The notes beneath the pieces are model-generated. The model was not told the DNA's origin and did no database searches. It saw only the letters and a list, made by a program, of their open reading frames with translations. DNA of 64,000 nt. Origin: a bacterium (lineage in GTDB: Bacteria > Armatimonadota > Chthonomonadetes > Chthonomonadales > JAMCWF01). Below, one piece after another: positions 28,369 to 37,830 of this stretch. The stretch spans positions 3,666-67,665 of the forward strand of contig JAKBZR010000004.1 of NCBI GenBank assembly GCA_021842405.1, given 5' to 3'. Within the stretch, counting starts at the first letter, position 1. Each line of letters starts with the position of its first letter. The translations under genes and the position numbers were made by a program.

Positions 28369-29213
28369 TGGGCGTTGAATTGGGGAATATGGATCGGCAA
28401 TTGGGGGCGGAGACCAGCCGATTGAGCCGTTCGTTTCGGCGCCTGGCATCGAACCGTGAGAAGGCGTTGATCGTCTATCTAACGGCCGGTGATCCGGCGT
28501 CGGTGGATCCGGCTGAGCTTATCGTCGCGCTGGCCGAGGCCGGCGCCGATGCGATTGAAATTGGAATTCCATTCAGCGACCCATTGGCCGACGGACCGAG
28601 CATTCAAGCCTCTTCGCAGCGGGCGCTAAAAAACGGGATGACAGTGGCCGGCGTCCTTTCGCTGGTACAAAAAGTTCGCGAAAAATCGGATGTTCCCCTC
28701 ATTGTGATGACCTACATCAACCCGATCATGCATTTTGGGTTGCCGAAATATGCTCGCGAGGCGGCTCAGGCCGGCGTGTATGCCCACATTGTGACCGACT
28801 TAACGCCGGAGGAATCGGAGGAGTGGCTGGCGATCTCTCGGGAGCAGAAGCTGGACACGATATTTTTGCTTGCGCCGACCAGCACCGATAAGCGCATTCG
28901 AATCGTCTCCAACCTATCCACCGGCTTTATCTATTGCGTTTCGCGAACCGGCGTCACCGGCGCCCGCAGCGACCTTCCGACCGAGCTGCCCGATCTGGTG
29001 AGCAAGATCAGAAGCGCCGCCGATAAGCCGATCTGCATCGGGTTTGGAATCTCAAAGCCGGAGCACGTCGCCGCGATCTGCCGCTACGCTGATGGAGTGG
29101 TGATTGGCAGCGCGCTGGTGAATCTGCTCCATGAAAACGATGGGAACCCGGCGGTGGTTGAAAAGGCGCAGCGCTTTGTGGCTGGATTAAAAGGCGCAAC
29201 TCGAAATGGCTGA
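28368..29213 (+). CDS. trpA: tryptophan synthase alpha chain
   Basis: ALIVYLTAGDP, EIGIPFSDPLADGPSIQ, and YCVSRTGVTG. The start overlaps the trpB stop (TAATG). Confidence 0.9.
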   Translation: MGVELGNMDRQLGAETSRLSRSFRRLASNREKALIVYLTAGDPASVDPAELIVALAEAGADAIEIGIPFSDPLADGPSIQASSQRALKNGMTVAGVLSLVQKVREKSDVPLIVMTYINPIMHFGLPKYAREAAQAGVYAHIVTDLTPEESEEWLAISREQKLDTIFLLAPTSTDKRIRIVSNLSTGFIYCVSRTGVTGARSDLPTELPDLVSKIRSAADKPICIGFGISKPEHVAAICRYADGVVIGSALVNLLHENDGNPAVVEKAQRFVAGLKGATRNG

Positions 29214-29922
29214 CCCGGTTACAAATCTGGTTACCTTGGAGCCAGTCCGGCCTGTACCCTCGGCCGCGGAGCTGGCTAGCCGAATTGAGCACACCCTTTT
29301 GAAGCCGGAGGCGGACTGGCCCGCCATCGAGCGCCTTTGCGGAGAGGCGGTTGAGCATCGGTTTGCGGCGGCGGTCGTCTACCCTTGCTGGGTGAAGCGG
29401 GCCGCTGCCCGCTTGAATGGAACCGGGATTTCGGTGGGGACGGTGGTGGGGTTTCCACACGGCGCCGGCAGCGCCGTTGCGAAGGTGGCGGAATCGGCGG
29501 TGGCGATCTCCGATGGGGCTAGCGATCTGGATATGGTGCTGCCGATCGGGCTGGTGCGCTCGGGCATGTGGGATGAGGCCGCCTCTCACATCGAGGCGGT
29601 GGCGGCGGTTTGCCGTCAGGCCAATGCCGTATTGAAAGTGATTTTAGAGTGCTGCTACCTGACCGACGGCGAGAAATGGCGGGCGGCCGAGCTGTGCATC
29701 GGCGCCGGAGCCGACTATGTAAAGACCTCCACCGGATTGGCGCCCGGCGGCGCGACGATCGAGGATGTGAGGCTGCTGCGCCGCTGCGTGGGCGGTCGCT
29801 GCCGCATCAAGGCGGCCGGCGGAATTCGTGACCTCTCCTTTGCGCTTGACTTACTGGCGGCCGGCGCCGATCGCTTGGGAACCAGCGCCGGCGTTTCACT
29901 TTTGCAGCAAGCTCAAAAGTAG
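29206..29922 (+). CDS. deoC: deoxyribose-phosphate aldolase
   Basis: IEHTLLKPEA, VGFPHG, and the active-site-lysine context DYVKTSTG...IKAAGGIR. The start overlaps the trpA end by 8 nt. Confidence 0.85.
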   Translation: MADPVTNLVTLEPVRPVPSAAELASRIEHTLLKPEADWPAIERLCGEAVEHRFAAAVVYPCWVKRAAARLNGTGISVGTVVGFPHGAGSAVAKVAESAVAISDGASDLDMVLPIGLVRSGMWDEAASHIEAVAAVCRQANAVLKVILECCYLTDGEKWRAAELCIGAGADYVKTSTGLAPGGATIEDVRLLRRCVGGRCRIKAAGGIRDLSFALDLLAAGADRLGTSAGVSLLQQAQK

Positions 29923-30882
29923 TTAATCGGGCAGCTTCACCAGATCGCCTTCGGCAAAATGGGTGCCGGGTATGACCGCGGCCGCCCTCAGGTGATCGCC
30001 TTCGATCGCAACCACCCTCACCTCGCCGATCGGCTCTTCCTGAGTCCAGATGATCGCCCCCTCCTTGTTTCGGAACTGAACCAGGCGATCCACCTTCAGC
30101 CTATCGCCCGGCTTCATCCTGCCCACACCGGCAAATTGGATCACGATCGTGTTGTCGGGCAGCACGCCCATCACCGTGCCCTCATTGGCCGGCAGTATAC
30201 CGATCAGCTTTTTTACCAGGTCGTTCACCGCTTTGCGGGACGCCTTCCCCAAGCTGCTTTGCGACCACTCGCTGCTGCCGATATCAATGCCGCCCAGGTT
30301 AAAGATGCCGTGATTGATCGTCCCAGCGATCAGGGTGCCGCCGGTATCCACATCCTTGCCTTGGGCGGTGGCGGTGGTGATCACCGAGCCGGTGCGGGTG
30401 TTGATCAGCCGGGCGTCCAGCACCACGCGGGCGGTGCGGGTTCTCACCTGCAGGCCGGCGATCGGTCCCAGCGCGATGGCCCCGCCCACTCGATCGTGCC
30501 GGATGCCGAACTCGGTCGCCTTCACATCCAGCAGATACTGCACGCCGATAACCTGTCCTGATGGCGGCGCCGTTTTCGGGTTCAACACGCCTTCGCGCCC
30601 AAGCTGCTGCTCGCGTAAGACGGCGCTCAAATTTTGCCGCTCGTAAACGCGCACTCCTGCCTGCACCAACGCGGTGGTCAGCATTTCGCCCACGATGCGA
30701 TCCACCTGATTGCCGCCTGAGGAGCCGTTCGCAATGACGGCGATGCGGCTGCCGGGCGGCAGGGAGGAAATTTGGAGCGGGTGCTTGTCATGCCGCTTTT
30801 TAGCCAGCGCGCCGGAGGAGGAAGTCAGCAATAATAGGGCCAATCCAATCAATATGGCTCGATTTCTCATAGCGAACGTCAC
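29923..30882 (-). CDS. CsgG/HfaB-family lipoprotein with C-terminal extension
   Basis: Signal peptide, then IAVIANGSSGG...VGEMLTTALVQAGVRVYERQNLSAVLREQQL and ...ARVVLDARLINTRTGSV, typical of CsgG-like proteins. Its stop codon abuts the deoC stop with no spacer. Confidence 0.6.
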   Translation of the reverse strand: MTFAMRNRAILIGLALLLLTSSSGALAKKRHDKHPLQISSLPPGSRIAVIANGSSGGNQVDRIVGEMLTTALVQAGVRVYERQNLSAVLREQQLGREGVLNPKTAPPSGQVIGVQYLLDVKATEFGIRHDRVGGAIALGPIAGLQVRTRTARVVLDARLINTRTGSVITTATAQGKDVDTGGTLIAGTINHGIFNLGGIDIGSSEWSQSSLGKASRKAVNDLVKKLIGILPANEGTVMGVLPDNTIVIQFAGVGRMKPGDRLKVDRLVQFRNKEGAIIWTQEEPIGEVRVVAIEGDHLRAAAVIPGTHFAEGDLVKLPD

Positions 30883-31062
30883 CCTTTATTGAATACGCTT
30901 CACCACATCTAACATGACGGGATTTCGGGGTCAATGGTTGCGGATCAGTGAAAATCGCCGCCACGATTAAAGGATTATTTAGCGGTTGGATAAGCTCATC
31001 GTTGACGTAGGGGCGGCCCGACACCGTTGTATCTGATGAAAAGTGGGTCGGCAAGCTGCTTC

Positions 31063-31547
31063 GTAAGAGTTCAGCTTTGTGGAAATGATTTTCGTTCGCC
31101 CCCACCCCAGCCCTCCCCGGCCCGTGTATAGACTGGGAGGGGGAAGGAGCACGGAACGGTTGCGAGGGGGAAGCGAGTAGGACAATTGTAGAGTTGAGCA
31201 ATCGTAAGGTGGAAGGCTAAGATTTGTGCGACGTAGTAATCGCCAAGACCCAGTCCGAATCCCTTCCCCCTGAGAGGGGGAAGGCTAGGATGGGGGTCGG
31301 CCTAATGCACTCCCAAGCTCCCCTTCTTCTTCCAGGTCAGGATGGGGTACGAGTCAATCAATGGGAGAAACAAGGGTAATCATTAGAGTACGCCCGTCAA
31401 CCCCCATCCCGACCTTCCCCCTGGGAGGGGGAAGGCTAGGATGGGGGTCGGCCTAATGCACTCCCAAGCCCCCCCTTCTTCTTCCAGGTCAGGATGGGGG
31501 TGCATCCAATATGGTCGTAAATGATTCCCGCAAAGCTGAACTCTTAC
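31063..31547. mobile_element. family-1 MITE-like element, long variant with internal ~151-bp tandem duplication
   Basis: The left terminus is GTAAGAGTTCAGCTTTGTGGAAATGATTTTCGTTCGCCCCCACCCC. The right terminus in reverse complement is GGTAAGAGTTCAGCTTTGCGGGAATCATTTACGACCATATTGGATGCACCCCC. Internal units lie at 31262..31347 and 31413..31500. Confidence 0.8.
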
Positions 31548-31693
31548 CCCGCTCGGCCGCTTGTATCGAATTCTAGGGGATAGATGGGTTATGACCCTTG
31601 CAGGATAAAAACGGCGTATCGTCGAATACTTCTAAAAATAAACGTACGCACATCGCATTACATCGTAAAAATAAGAATCTCGAGGTGAAAACG

Positions 31694-33022
31694 ATGCCGG
31701 ACAAAGTAACTCGACGTGAATTCTTGAAGAAAACGACGTTGGCAGCCGGCCTGGTTGCATTGGGCGGGGTATGGACGGAAGGCGCTCTCGCCCAAACGAA
31801 ATCGGCCAATGGAAAGCTCAACCTGGCCGGCATTGGAGTGGGCGGCGAAGGCGGCGCCGACCTGAATGAGCTGGTGAAGTCGCCGCTGGTCAATATTGTG
31901 GCGCTGTGCGATGTGGATGAGAACCGGGCCGCCGACACGTTTAAGCGCTTCCCCCATGCACGGCGATACCAAGATTTCCGCGTGATGCTGGAAAAAGAGA
32001 ACAAGAACATTGACGCGGTGACGGTAAGCACCCCCGATCACGTGCATGCGGTGGCGGCGACGCTAGCCATGAGCTTGGGCAAGCACGTTTACGGGCAGAA
32101 GCCGCTGGCTCACTCGCTCGTTGAGGTACAGGCGATGGTGGAGGCGGCGCGAAAATACAAGGTGGTTACCCAGATGGGCATTCAGGGTCATCCCAGCTAC
32201 GCCAGGTTGGTGGAGTACATCAACACCGGCGTGATCGGACCGGTGCATGAGGTTCACGTGATGACCGACCGTCCGATTTGGCCGCAAGGAATCAACCCGC
32301 CGACCGGCAATCCGCCCATACCAGCCACTTTAAACTGGGATCTTTGGCTCGGTCCCGCCCGCAGGCGCCCCTATAACCCGGCCTATCTGCCCTTCGTGTG
32401 GCGGGGATGGTGGCGATTTGGCACCGGAGCGCCCGGCGATATGGGGTGCCATCTCATGGATGGCGCATTCTGGGCTTTAAGCTTGACCCATCCGATTACG
32501 ATTGAGGCGGTCGGCGAGCCTCATCTGTCGGCCAGCGGTCCTAAGTATGAGACCATCCGTTTCGACTTTCCACGCCGCGGCGAGCAGCCGCCGGTCACCC
32601 TATACTGGCACGACGGGGGCAAGATGATTCCGACCGATCTGCTGGAGGGCAGAAAAATTGATCCTCATTTCAACGGCTCGCTCTTCGTTGGAGAAAAGGG
32701 AAAAATCCTGAACCCACATGGTGGGAATCCCGAGTTGTTGCCGGCCGCCCAATTTGCCGATTGGCAACCACCGGCGCCCTACATCCCCCGACCGGCCGGT
32801 GGGCACTATATGGAGTGGGTTAATGCGTGCGTGAATGGCGGCCCGACCGGTGCAAATTTCGACTATTCCGGATCGCTGACCGATACGGTGCTGCTGGGTA
32901 ATGTGGCGTTTCGAGCAAATCACAAGATCGAGTGGGATGCGCTGCAAAGAAAAGTGCTCAATGATCCGAAGGCAAATCGTTATTTGAGCGACTTCTATCG
33001 GAAAGGATGGGAGCTGTACTGA
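31694..33022 (+). CDS. Gfo/Idh/MocA family oxidoreductase with twin-arginine signal
   Basis: ATG 31694 is preceded by GAGGTGAAA. Tat motif TRREFLKK. Rossmann segment LNLAGIGVGGEG...VALCDVDENRA and STPDHVHA. Confidence 0.8.
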   Translation: MPDKVTRREFLKKTTLAAGLVALGGVWTEGALAQTKSANGKLNLAGIGVGGEGGADLNELVKSPLVNIVALCDVDENRAADTFKRFPHARRYQDFRVMLEKENKNIDAVTVSTPDHVHAVAATLAMSLGKHVYGQKPLAHSLVEVQAMVEAARKYKVVTQMGIQGHPSYARLVEYINTGVIGPVHEVHVMTDRPIWPQGINPPTGNPPIPATLNWDLWLGPARRRPYNPAYLPFVWRGWWRFGTGAPGDMGCHLMDGAFWALSLTHPITIEAVGEPHLSASGPKYETIRFDFPRRGEQPPVTLYWHDGGKMIPTDLLEGRKIDPHFNGSLFVGEKGKILNPHGGNPELLPAAQFADWQPPAPYIPRPAGGHYMEWVNACVNGGPTGANFDYSGSLTDTVLLGNVAFRANHKIEWDALQRKVLNDPKANRYLSDFYRKGWELY

Positions 33023-33099
33023 GCGATGGGTTGAAATGGCCAGCGTATTTGGCGGTTTGCCGGGCGATAAACAGTTGACTGGAAAAAGGAAATAGAACC

Positions 33100-33765
33100 G
33101 TGGAACGATATATCTCTAGTACCACTACTCTAATATTGCTGCTGATAATGAGCCGCCTCGCGACAGCCGGTGAACCTGTACGCGCATTGGAGGCGCGGCG
33201 AGCGACAGCCCCCAAGCCGATCAGCGCCTTTCAGTTCATTTCGGTGGATGATATGGTCCGCGTGTTGAGCCGCGACGGCGTCACCGCCGCTCAAAAGAGC
33301 AGTTTGGAGCGCCACTCCGCTTCAATCGAAGGGTACATTTTATTTGCCGAGCACCGCCACAACGGAACGATCTACCGGGCGCCGGGGTTTCCCAACTCAG
33401 CTTCGAACGGCGATATCCGCCTTCAGATCGTTGACGCGGTGGATAACGTAACCAACGTCGCCAAGGCAAAGGGGGCGATGCCGTCCGGTGTAGTTGCGGT
33501 TATTACGCCATGGTTTGCGTTGCATCACCCTATGTGGCGCTACAATCCTAAGGCGATCGAGCGGTTTGCGATGTCAATTGGAGACGGCCATCCCGAGCGA
33601 TTGCTGCACAACACCATCGCTCAGGTTCGGGTGACCGGTTGGCTGTTGTATAACCCGGCTGCCGCTCATCGGGTGAAGGTGGATCGCGCCACGGCTTGGA
33701 AGATTGATCCCGTCACCCAAATCGAATATCAAGATGAAAACGGCAACTGGAAGCCGCTTCGGTAA
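33100..33765 (+). CDS. hypothetical secreted protein
   Basis: 221-aa ORF with a hydrophobic leader (TTLILLLIMSRLATA). No recognisable motif. Confidence 0.55.
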   Translation: MERYISSTTTLILLLIMSRLATAGEPVRALEARRATAPKPISAFQFISVDDMVRVLSRDGVTAAQKSSLERHSASIEGYILFAEHRHNGTIYRAPGFPNSASNGDIRLQIVDAVDNVTNVAKAKGAMPSGVVAVITPWFALHHPMWRYNPKAIERFAMSIGDGHPERLLHNTIAQVRVTGWLLYNPAAAHRVKVDRATAWKIDPVTQIEYQDENGNWKPLR

Positions 33766-33910
33766 GCATCGTCATTCAACAGCGTCGGATGGTTAGGAAT
33801 ATATTTTCCAAACCGATAATGCCCGGTTTACTTGGTTGCTGAAAAAGTCACTGACGGCTGGGTGGGTTTAACCGTATTTTTCGACGTCCCTTAAAACTTT
33901 ATGAGGCGCC

Positions 33911-35449
33911 GTGGCAATGGCATCGGCTGAAAAACTGATCGCAAGTGTGGATATTGGGGCGACCGGAATTAAGGCGGCCGCTTTTTACCCGGACGGCCGG
34001 CCGGCTGCGATTGCGGGGCGGCCTAACGGCCCTGTCCCCCAACCCGGCGGCCATGCCGACTGGTTGATCTGGGATGCGGAACAGTTATGGGCGAAGGCGT
34101 CATCGGCGATCAAGGAGGTTACCGTTAAGACGGGTGGAGCCGCCATTACCGGTATAGCGGTGACCGGCTTTGGTACCGATGGCGCCTTTATTGACGCCGA
34201 TGGAGCGCTGCTGTATCCCATCATAAGCTGGCATGACAGCCGCACCTTGCCGGAGCGTGACGAGATGAACCGGCTGGTCGGCAATCGTAAGCTGTATCAG
34301 ATTACCGGATACCACAACTACCCGATCAACACCGTAAATCGTTGGCTGTGGTTTCGACACAATCATCCTGAAATCCTGGAGAAGGCGCACCGATGGCTTC
34401 AGGTTCAGGACTATATCGCCTATCGGCTCAGTGGATCCGCTTCCACCGAGGCCACCATCGCCTCCACCACGATGGCGCTCGATATGAGTCGGCGCGATTG
34501 GTCGTCTGAGATACTGGATGCAGTTGGGATCGGAAAGCATTTTTTATCGCCGATCTCCCAATCCGGCATCACCATCGGTGAGGTGACCTCGAAAGCAGCC
34601 GAGCTGACCGGATTAGTGGCCGGCACACCGGTGGTAACCGGAGGTCACGATTGCGAGATCGCCGCCTTGGGAGCCGCCGTTTCCCAATCCACCACCTTTG
34701 TGGACATCAACGGGACTTGGGAAATTATTCTCGCCATCGTGGATCAGTTCCGTCCCGATGATTCACTTTATGATTTAGGACTTGATTTTGAAGCGCACGC
34801 AGTACCGGGCCAATATATCTGCCAGGGGCTGATGATCGCCGGAGCGGTCATTGAATGGATACGCCGGAATCTTTATGCCGGCGATGCGCCTTACGAACAG
34901 ATTATGGCCGAAGCGGAGGATGCCGGCATCGGCTCGGGCGGCGTATTCATGTTGCCGAGCTTCGTCCGCGGCAGCGGTCCGGCCCAATCATTCCAGGCAA
35001 CCGGCTCCATCATTGGGTTGACCACCGCGTCCAAGCGCGGCCAGCTAATTCGGGCAGCGCTGGAGGGATTGTGCTTCCAGTTGAAACAGCAGATGACAGC
35101 GATCGAGGGAACGATCGGCCTTCACGGCGATCGGATCAGGGTGGTGGGCGGTGGGCAGCGCAATCGGCTGTGGCTGCAAATGAAGGCCGATGTCACCGGT
35201 AGGCCGGTTGAGGTTACCAGCAACGAGGAGGTAACGCTGCTGGGCGCCGCTTTACTGGCCGGAGTTGGAGCCGGCCTCTATAAGGATATGGGTGAGGCGC
35301 TGGCACAGCTTCATTTTACGATTATCCACTTTGAGCCGGTACGTTCGGCGCACGACCATTACGCCGAGATCTATGAGTCCGTTTATCGTCCTTTCGCACC
35401 GGCGCTTCAATCGGTATACGCCGCCTCCAATCGGTTGACCATCAGTTGA
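33911..35449 (+). CDS. FGGY-family carbohydrate kinase (xylulokinase/rhamnulokinase-like)
   Basis: N-terminal VDIGATGIKAA, ISWHDSRT, mid-region GGHDCEIAALGAAV, and C-terminal VVGGGQRNRLWLQMKADVTGRPV. Confidence 0.8.
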   Translation: MAMASAEKLIASVDIGATGIKAAAFYPDGRPAAIAGRPNGPVPQPGGHADWLIWDAEQLWAKASSAIKEVTVKTGGAAITGIAVTGFGTDGAFIDADGALLYPIISWHDSRTLPERDEMNRLVGNRKLYQITGYHNYPINTVNRWLWFRHNHPEILEKAHRWLQVQDYIAYRLSGSASTEATIASTTMALDMSRRDWSSEILDAVGIGKHFLSPISQSGITIGEVTSKAAELTGLVAGTPVVTGGHDCEIAALGAAVSQSTTFVDINGTWEIILAIVDQFRPDDSLYDLGLDFEAHAVPGQYICQGLMIAGAVIEWIRRNLYAGDAPYEQIMAEAEDAGIGSGGVFMLPSFVRGSGPAQSFQATGSIIGLTTASKRGQLIRAALEGLCFQLKQQMTAIEGTIGLHGDRIRVVGGGQRNRLWLQMKADVTGRPVEVTSNEEVTLLGAALLAGVGAGLYKDMGEALAQLHFTIIHFEPVRSAHDHYAEIYESVYRPFAPALQSVYAASNRLTIS

Positions 35450-35477
35450 CGGCGCGATGAAAGATGGGTTAAAACTG

Positions 35478-35517
35478 GAGCCTGCTGCCTAAATTATCCA
35501 GAGAACAGAATCCATTC
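35478..35517. repeat. solo family-1 terminal fragment
   Basis: GAGCCTGCTGCCTAAATTATCCAGAGAACAGAATCCATTC matches the ...GCCTGCTGCCTAAATTACCCAGAAAACTGAACTCATTC terminus of the 36763..36947 copy read in reverse complement. No partner terminus is nearby. Confidence 0.6.
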
Positions 35518-35563
35518 ATAATGTCAAACCTATTACGTCCAAAGTAATAAAACAGAAATACCG

Positions 35564-36442
35564 GTGCGTACAATGGATCAATTTCCAGCGATAGCCTTAA
35601 ATTTCAAGAGTGGAAAGGCTCGTAACCGTCTTCGGCAACTGGCGGTATTTGTAATTTTATGCGCGATCTCGTTAATTTTTTTGGGGCCATTCGCTTGGAT
35701 GGTGGCGACCTCGCTCAAACCCAATAGCCAGATATTCACTCCAAGGATGGTCTGGGTTCCGCACCCGATCCTCTTCCGAAATTATGTCGAAGCGCTCGCT
35801 CGATTTCCTTTCTGGCTGTATACCCGCAATACCCTTTTTATTTGCATGATGACGATGATCGGAACCGTCATATCGGCGCTGCTGCCCGCCTACGGCTTTT
35901 CACGGCTGCGCTGGCGGGGCCGCGATTTTTTCTTCATCGTGATGATCGCCACGATCATGCTGCCAGCTCAGGTCACCCTCTTGCCGGTATTTCTTCTATT
36001 TCGCCAGCTCCATTGGATCGGCACATTCCTGCCGCTGGTGGTTCCTCCATTTTTTGGGTCGGCCTTCTCCATCTTCTTGATGCGCCAGTTCTTGATGACG
36101 ATCCCGCAGGAGCTTTCCGATGCGGCCCGAATTGACGGCTGCAGCGATCTCCGGATTCTATTTTCGATACTGGCGCCCATCTCGAAGCCGGCCATTGCAA
36201 CCATCGCACTGCTCTCGTTTACCGGCGCCTGGATGGATTTTCTCAATCCGCTCATCTACCTGCACAACGAGCACTACTACACGCTCGCCATCGGCCTGCT
36301 CTATTTTATGGGACGCCACAACAACGACTGGAGCCACCTGATGGCGGCCGCCACCGTCATTACGGTGCCGATGTTGGTCATCTTCTTTTTCGCCCAGCGC
36401 ACCTTCATTCAGGGGATTGCGCTGACCGGCTTGAAGGGATAA
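35564..36442 (+). CDS. carbohydrate (CUT1) ABC transporter permease, MalG-like; no partner components adjacent
   Basis: 6-TM ORF with an EAA-loop-like IPQELSDAARIDGCSDLRILFSILAPISKPA. Alternative start at ATG 35573. Confidence 0.75.
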   Translation: MRTMDQFPAIALNFKSGKARNRLRQLAVFVILCAISLIFLGPFAWMVATSLKPNSQIFTPRMVWVPHPILFRNYVEALARFPFWLYTRNTLFICMMTMIGTVISALLPAYGFSRLRWRGRDFFFIVMIATIMLPAQVTLLPVFLLFRQLHWIGTFLPLVVPPFFGSAFSIFLMRQFLMTIPQELSDAARIDGCSDLRILFSILAPISKPAIATIALLSFTGAWMDFLNPLIYLHNEHYYTLAIGLLYFMGRHNNDWSHLMAAATVITVPMLVIFFFAQRTFIQGIALTGLKG

Positions 36443-36529
36443 CCGTCTGGCGGCCGGGTAACGTATAATAGTTGTCATCATCACTGATGCGGCGGCGATG
36501 AGAAAAGGACGGATGAAAGGGGGCTGAAA

Positions 36530-36760
36530 ATGGGCGTGGATGAACCGGTTCGTAAGCTGAAGCTCCAGATCAACGATTTACAGGAGCAAAGACATCGCCT
36601 TGAGATGAAGCGGCTGGATACTACCGATGAGCTCGAGAAGCCGGCACTCGATGAGCAGATTTCCGAGCTGGATACGCAAATTGCAATGTTGAACGTCGAG
36701 TTGAACCTTGCGCTCAAGGTTCAGGATCGGGAATCCAACCTTGAAACGACGGAAGAGTAG
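36530..36760 (+). CDS. small coiled-coil protein, unknown function
   Basis: 76-aa ORF preceded by GAAAGGGGG. Charged heptad-like sequence (LKLQINDLQEQRHRLEMKRLDTTDELE). Confidence 0.45.
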   Translation: MGVDEPVRKLKLQINDLQEQRHRLEMKRLDTTDELEKPALDEQISELDTQIAMLNVELNLALKVQDRESNLETTEE

Positions 36761-36762
36761 CC

Positions 36763-36947
36763 GAATGAGTTCAGTTTTCTGGGTAATTTAGGCAGCAGGC
36801 GCTCCCTCCTACTCTTTGCCGATCCTGGGAGAGGGCTTGGGAAGACAGGGATTGATTCCCCGATAACATTGCAGTACTAGGGGAATGCTGAGGTGAGTGG
36901 GGCGACCAATGCTGTCACAAGTCATTCCCACAAAACTGAACTCTTTC
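36763..36947. mobile_element. family-1 MITE-like element, short variant
   Basis: The left terminus is GAATGAGTTCAGTTTTCTGGGTAATTTAGGCAGCAGGC. The right terminus in reverse complement is GAAAGAGTTCAGTTTTGTGGGAATGAC. In reverse complement its interior is collinear with the outer element at 13298..13997. Confidence 0.8.
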
Positions 36948-36970
36948 GCGCTCCGTTGTATTTATTTTAT

Positions 36971-37810
36971 ATGGCAGGCTGGAAAGGACTAGGGATGGAT
37001 TTACCGGATGTTGAGGTGATAAAAAAGATCGTAGTTCAGGCCGGAGATCGGGCACGTGAGCTGCGGGCCGACTGCGAATCGAGCGGGATGGACCTGGAAT
37101 ATAAAGAGGATCAATCTTACGTTACCCCCCTTGACCGCGAAACCGAGCAGTATCTCCGAGCCGAAATGGTCGCCCTTACGCCCGGTTTCGCCTTCCTGGG
37201 CGAAGAGTACGGCATATCCGGCGATACGGATCGGCCGCTCTGGGCCTGTGATCCGATTGATGGCACCACCAATATGGTTTTCGGCATTCCGATTTGGGGC
37301 GTTTCACTGGGTCTCATTTATAACCAGGTTCCCGTCCTCGGAGTGATCTATCTGCCGCTGTTGAACGAGCTGTTTTGGGCCACGAAAGGCGGAGGGGCTT
37401 GGTGCAATCAGCAGCGATTGCAGGTCACCGATCAGGACGATATTCACATCGAGGATACGATCTGCTTCACCAGCAACGCGCTCAAGACGCTCAGCGTGGA
37501 GCGGATAGGGGGACGACTGCGGTGTTTAGGCAGCATTGCGGCCGAGCTGGGCTACACCGCGCGCGGATCGCTTTGTGCGACCGTCGGGCTGCATGAGGGC
37601 ATCTGCGATATGGCGGCCGGTTTTTGTATCGCAACCGAGGCGGGATGCGCCATCCGCTACCTCCATTCCGAAAGCTCGAATGACGCGGGTGAGCCGGTTG
37701 ATATCGGCGCGCTGGTTGCCGCCCGGCGGACTGAGCGCCACTTCGTGGTGGGACCGCCCCGATTGATCGCTTACCTTCAGCGCAACGTATTTTTGCGTCA
37801 GGTTGACTGA
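36971..37810 (+). CDS. inositol monophosphatase family protein
   Basis: IMPase signatures FLGEE and WACDPIDGTTN. The start is ATG 36971 or 36995. The track start at 36893 lies inside the repeat element. Confidence 0.8.
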   Translation: MAGWKGLGMDLPDVEVIKKIVVQAGDRARELRADCESSGMDLEYKEDQSYVTPLDRETEQYLRAEMVALTPGFAFLGEEYGISGDTDRPLWACDPIDGTTNMVFGIPIWGVSLGLIYNQVPVLGVIYLPLLNELFWATKGGGAWCNQQRLQVTDQDDIHIEDTICFTSNALKTLSVERIGGRLRCLGSIAAELGYTARGSLCATVGLHEGICDMAAGFCIATEAGCAIRYLHSESSNDAGEPVDIGALVAARRTERHFVVGPPRLIAYLQRNVFLRQVD

Positions 37811-37830
37811 GCGGGCTCCATTTCGAAGCG

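Noticed and set aside
31262-31500. Possible CRISPR-like array, given repeated GC-rich palindromic units in the 31.0-31.6 kb region
   Set aside because: There are only two units, about 86 bp long with a ~151-bp period, and they sit inside a terminal-inverted-repeat element. There are no short regular repeat-spacer units and no cas genes.
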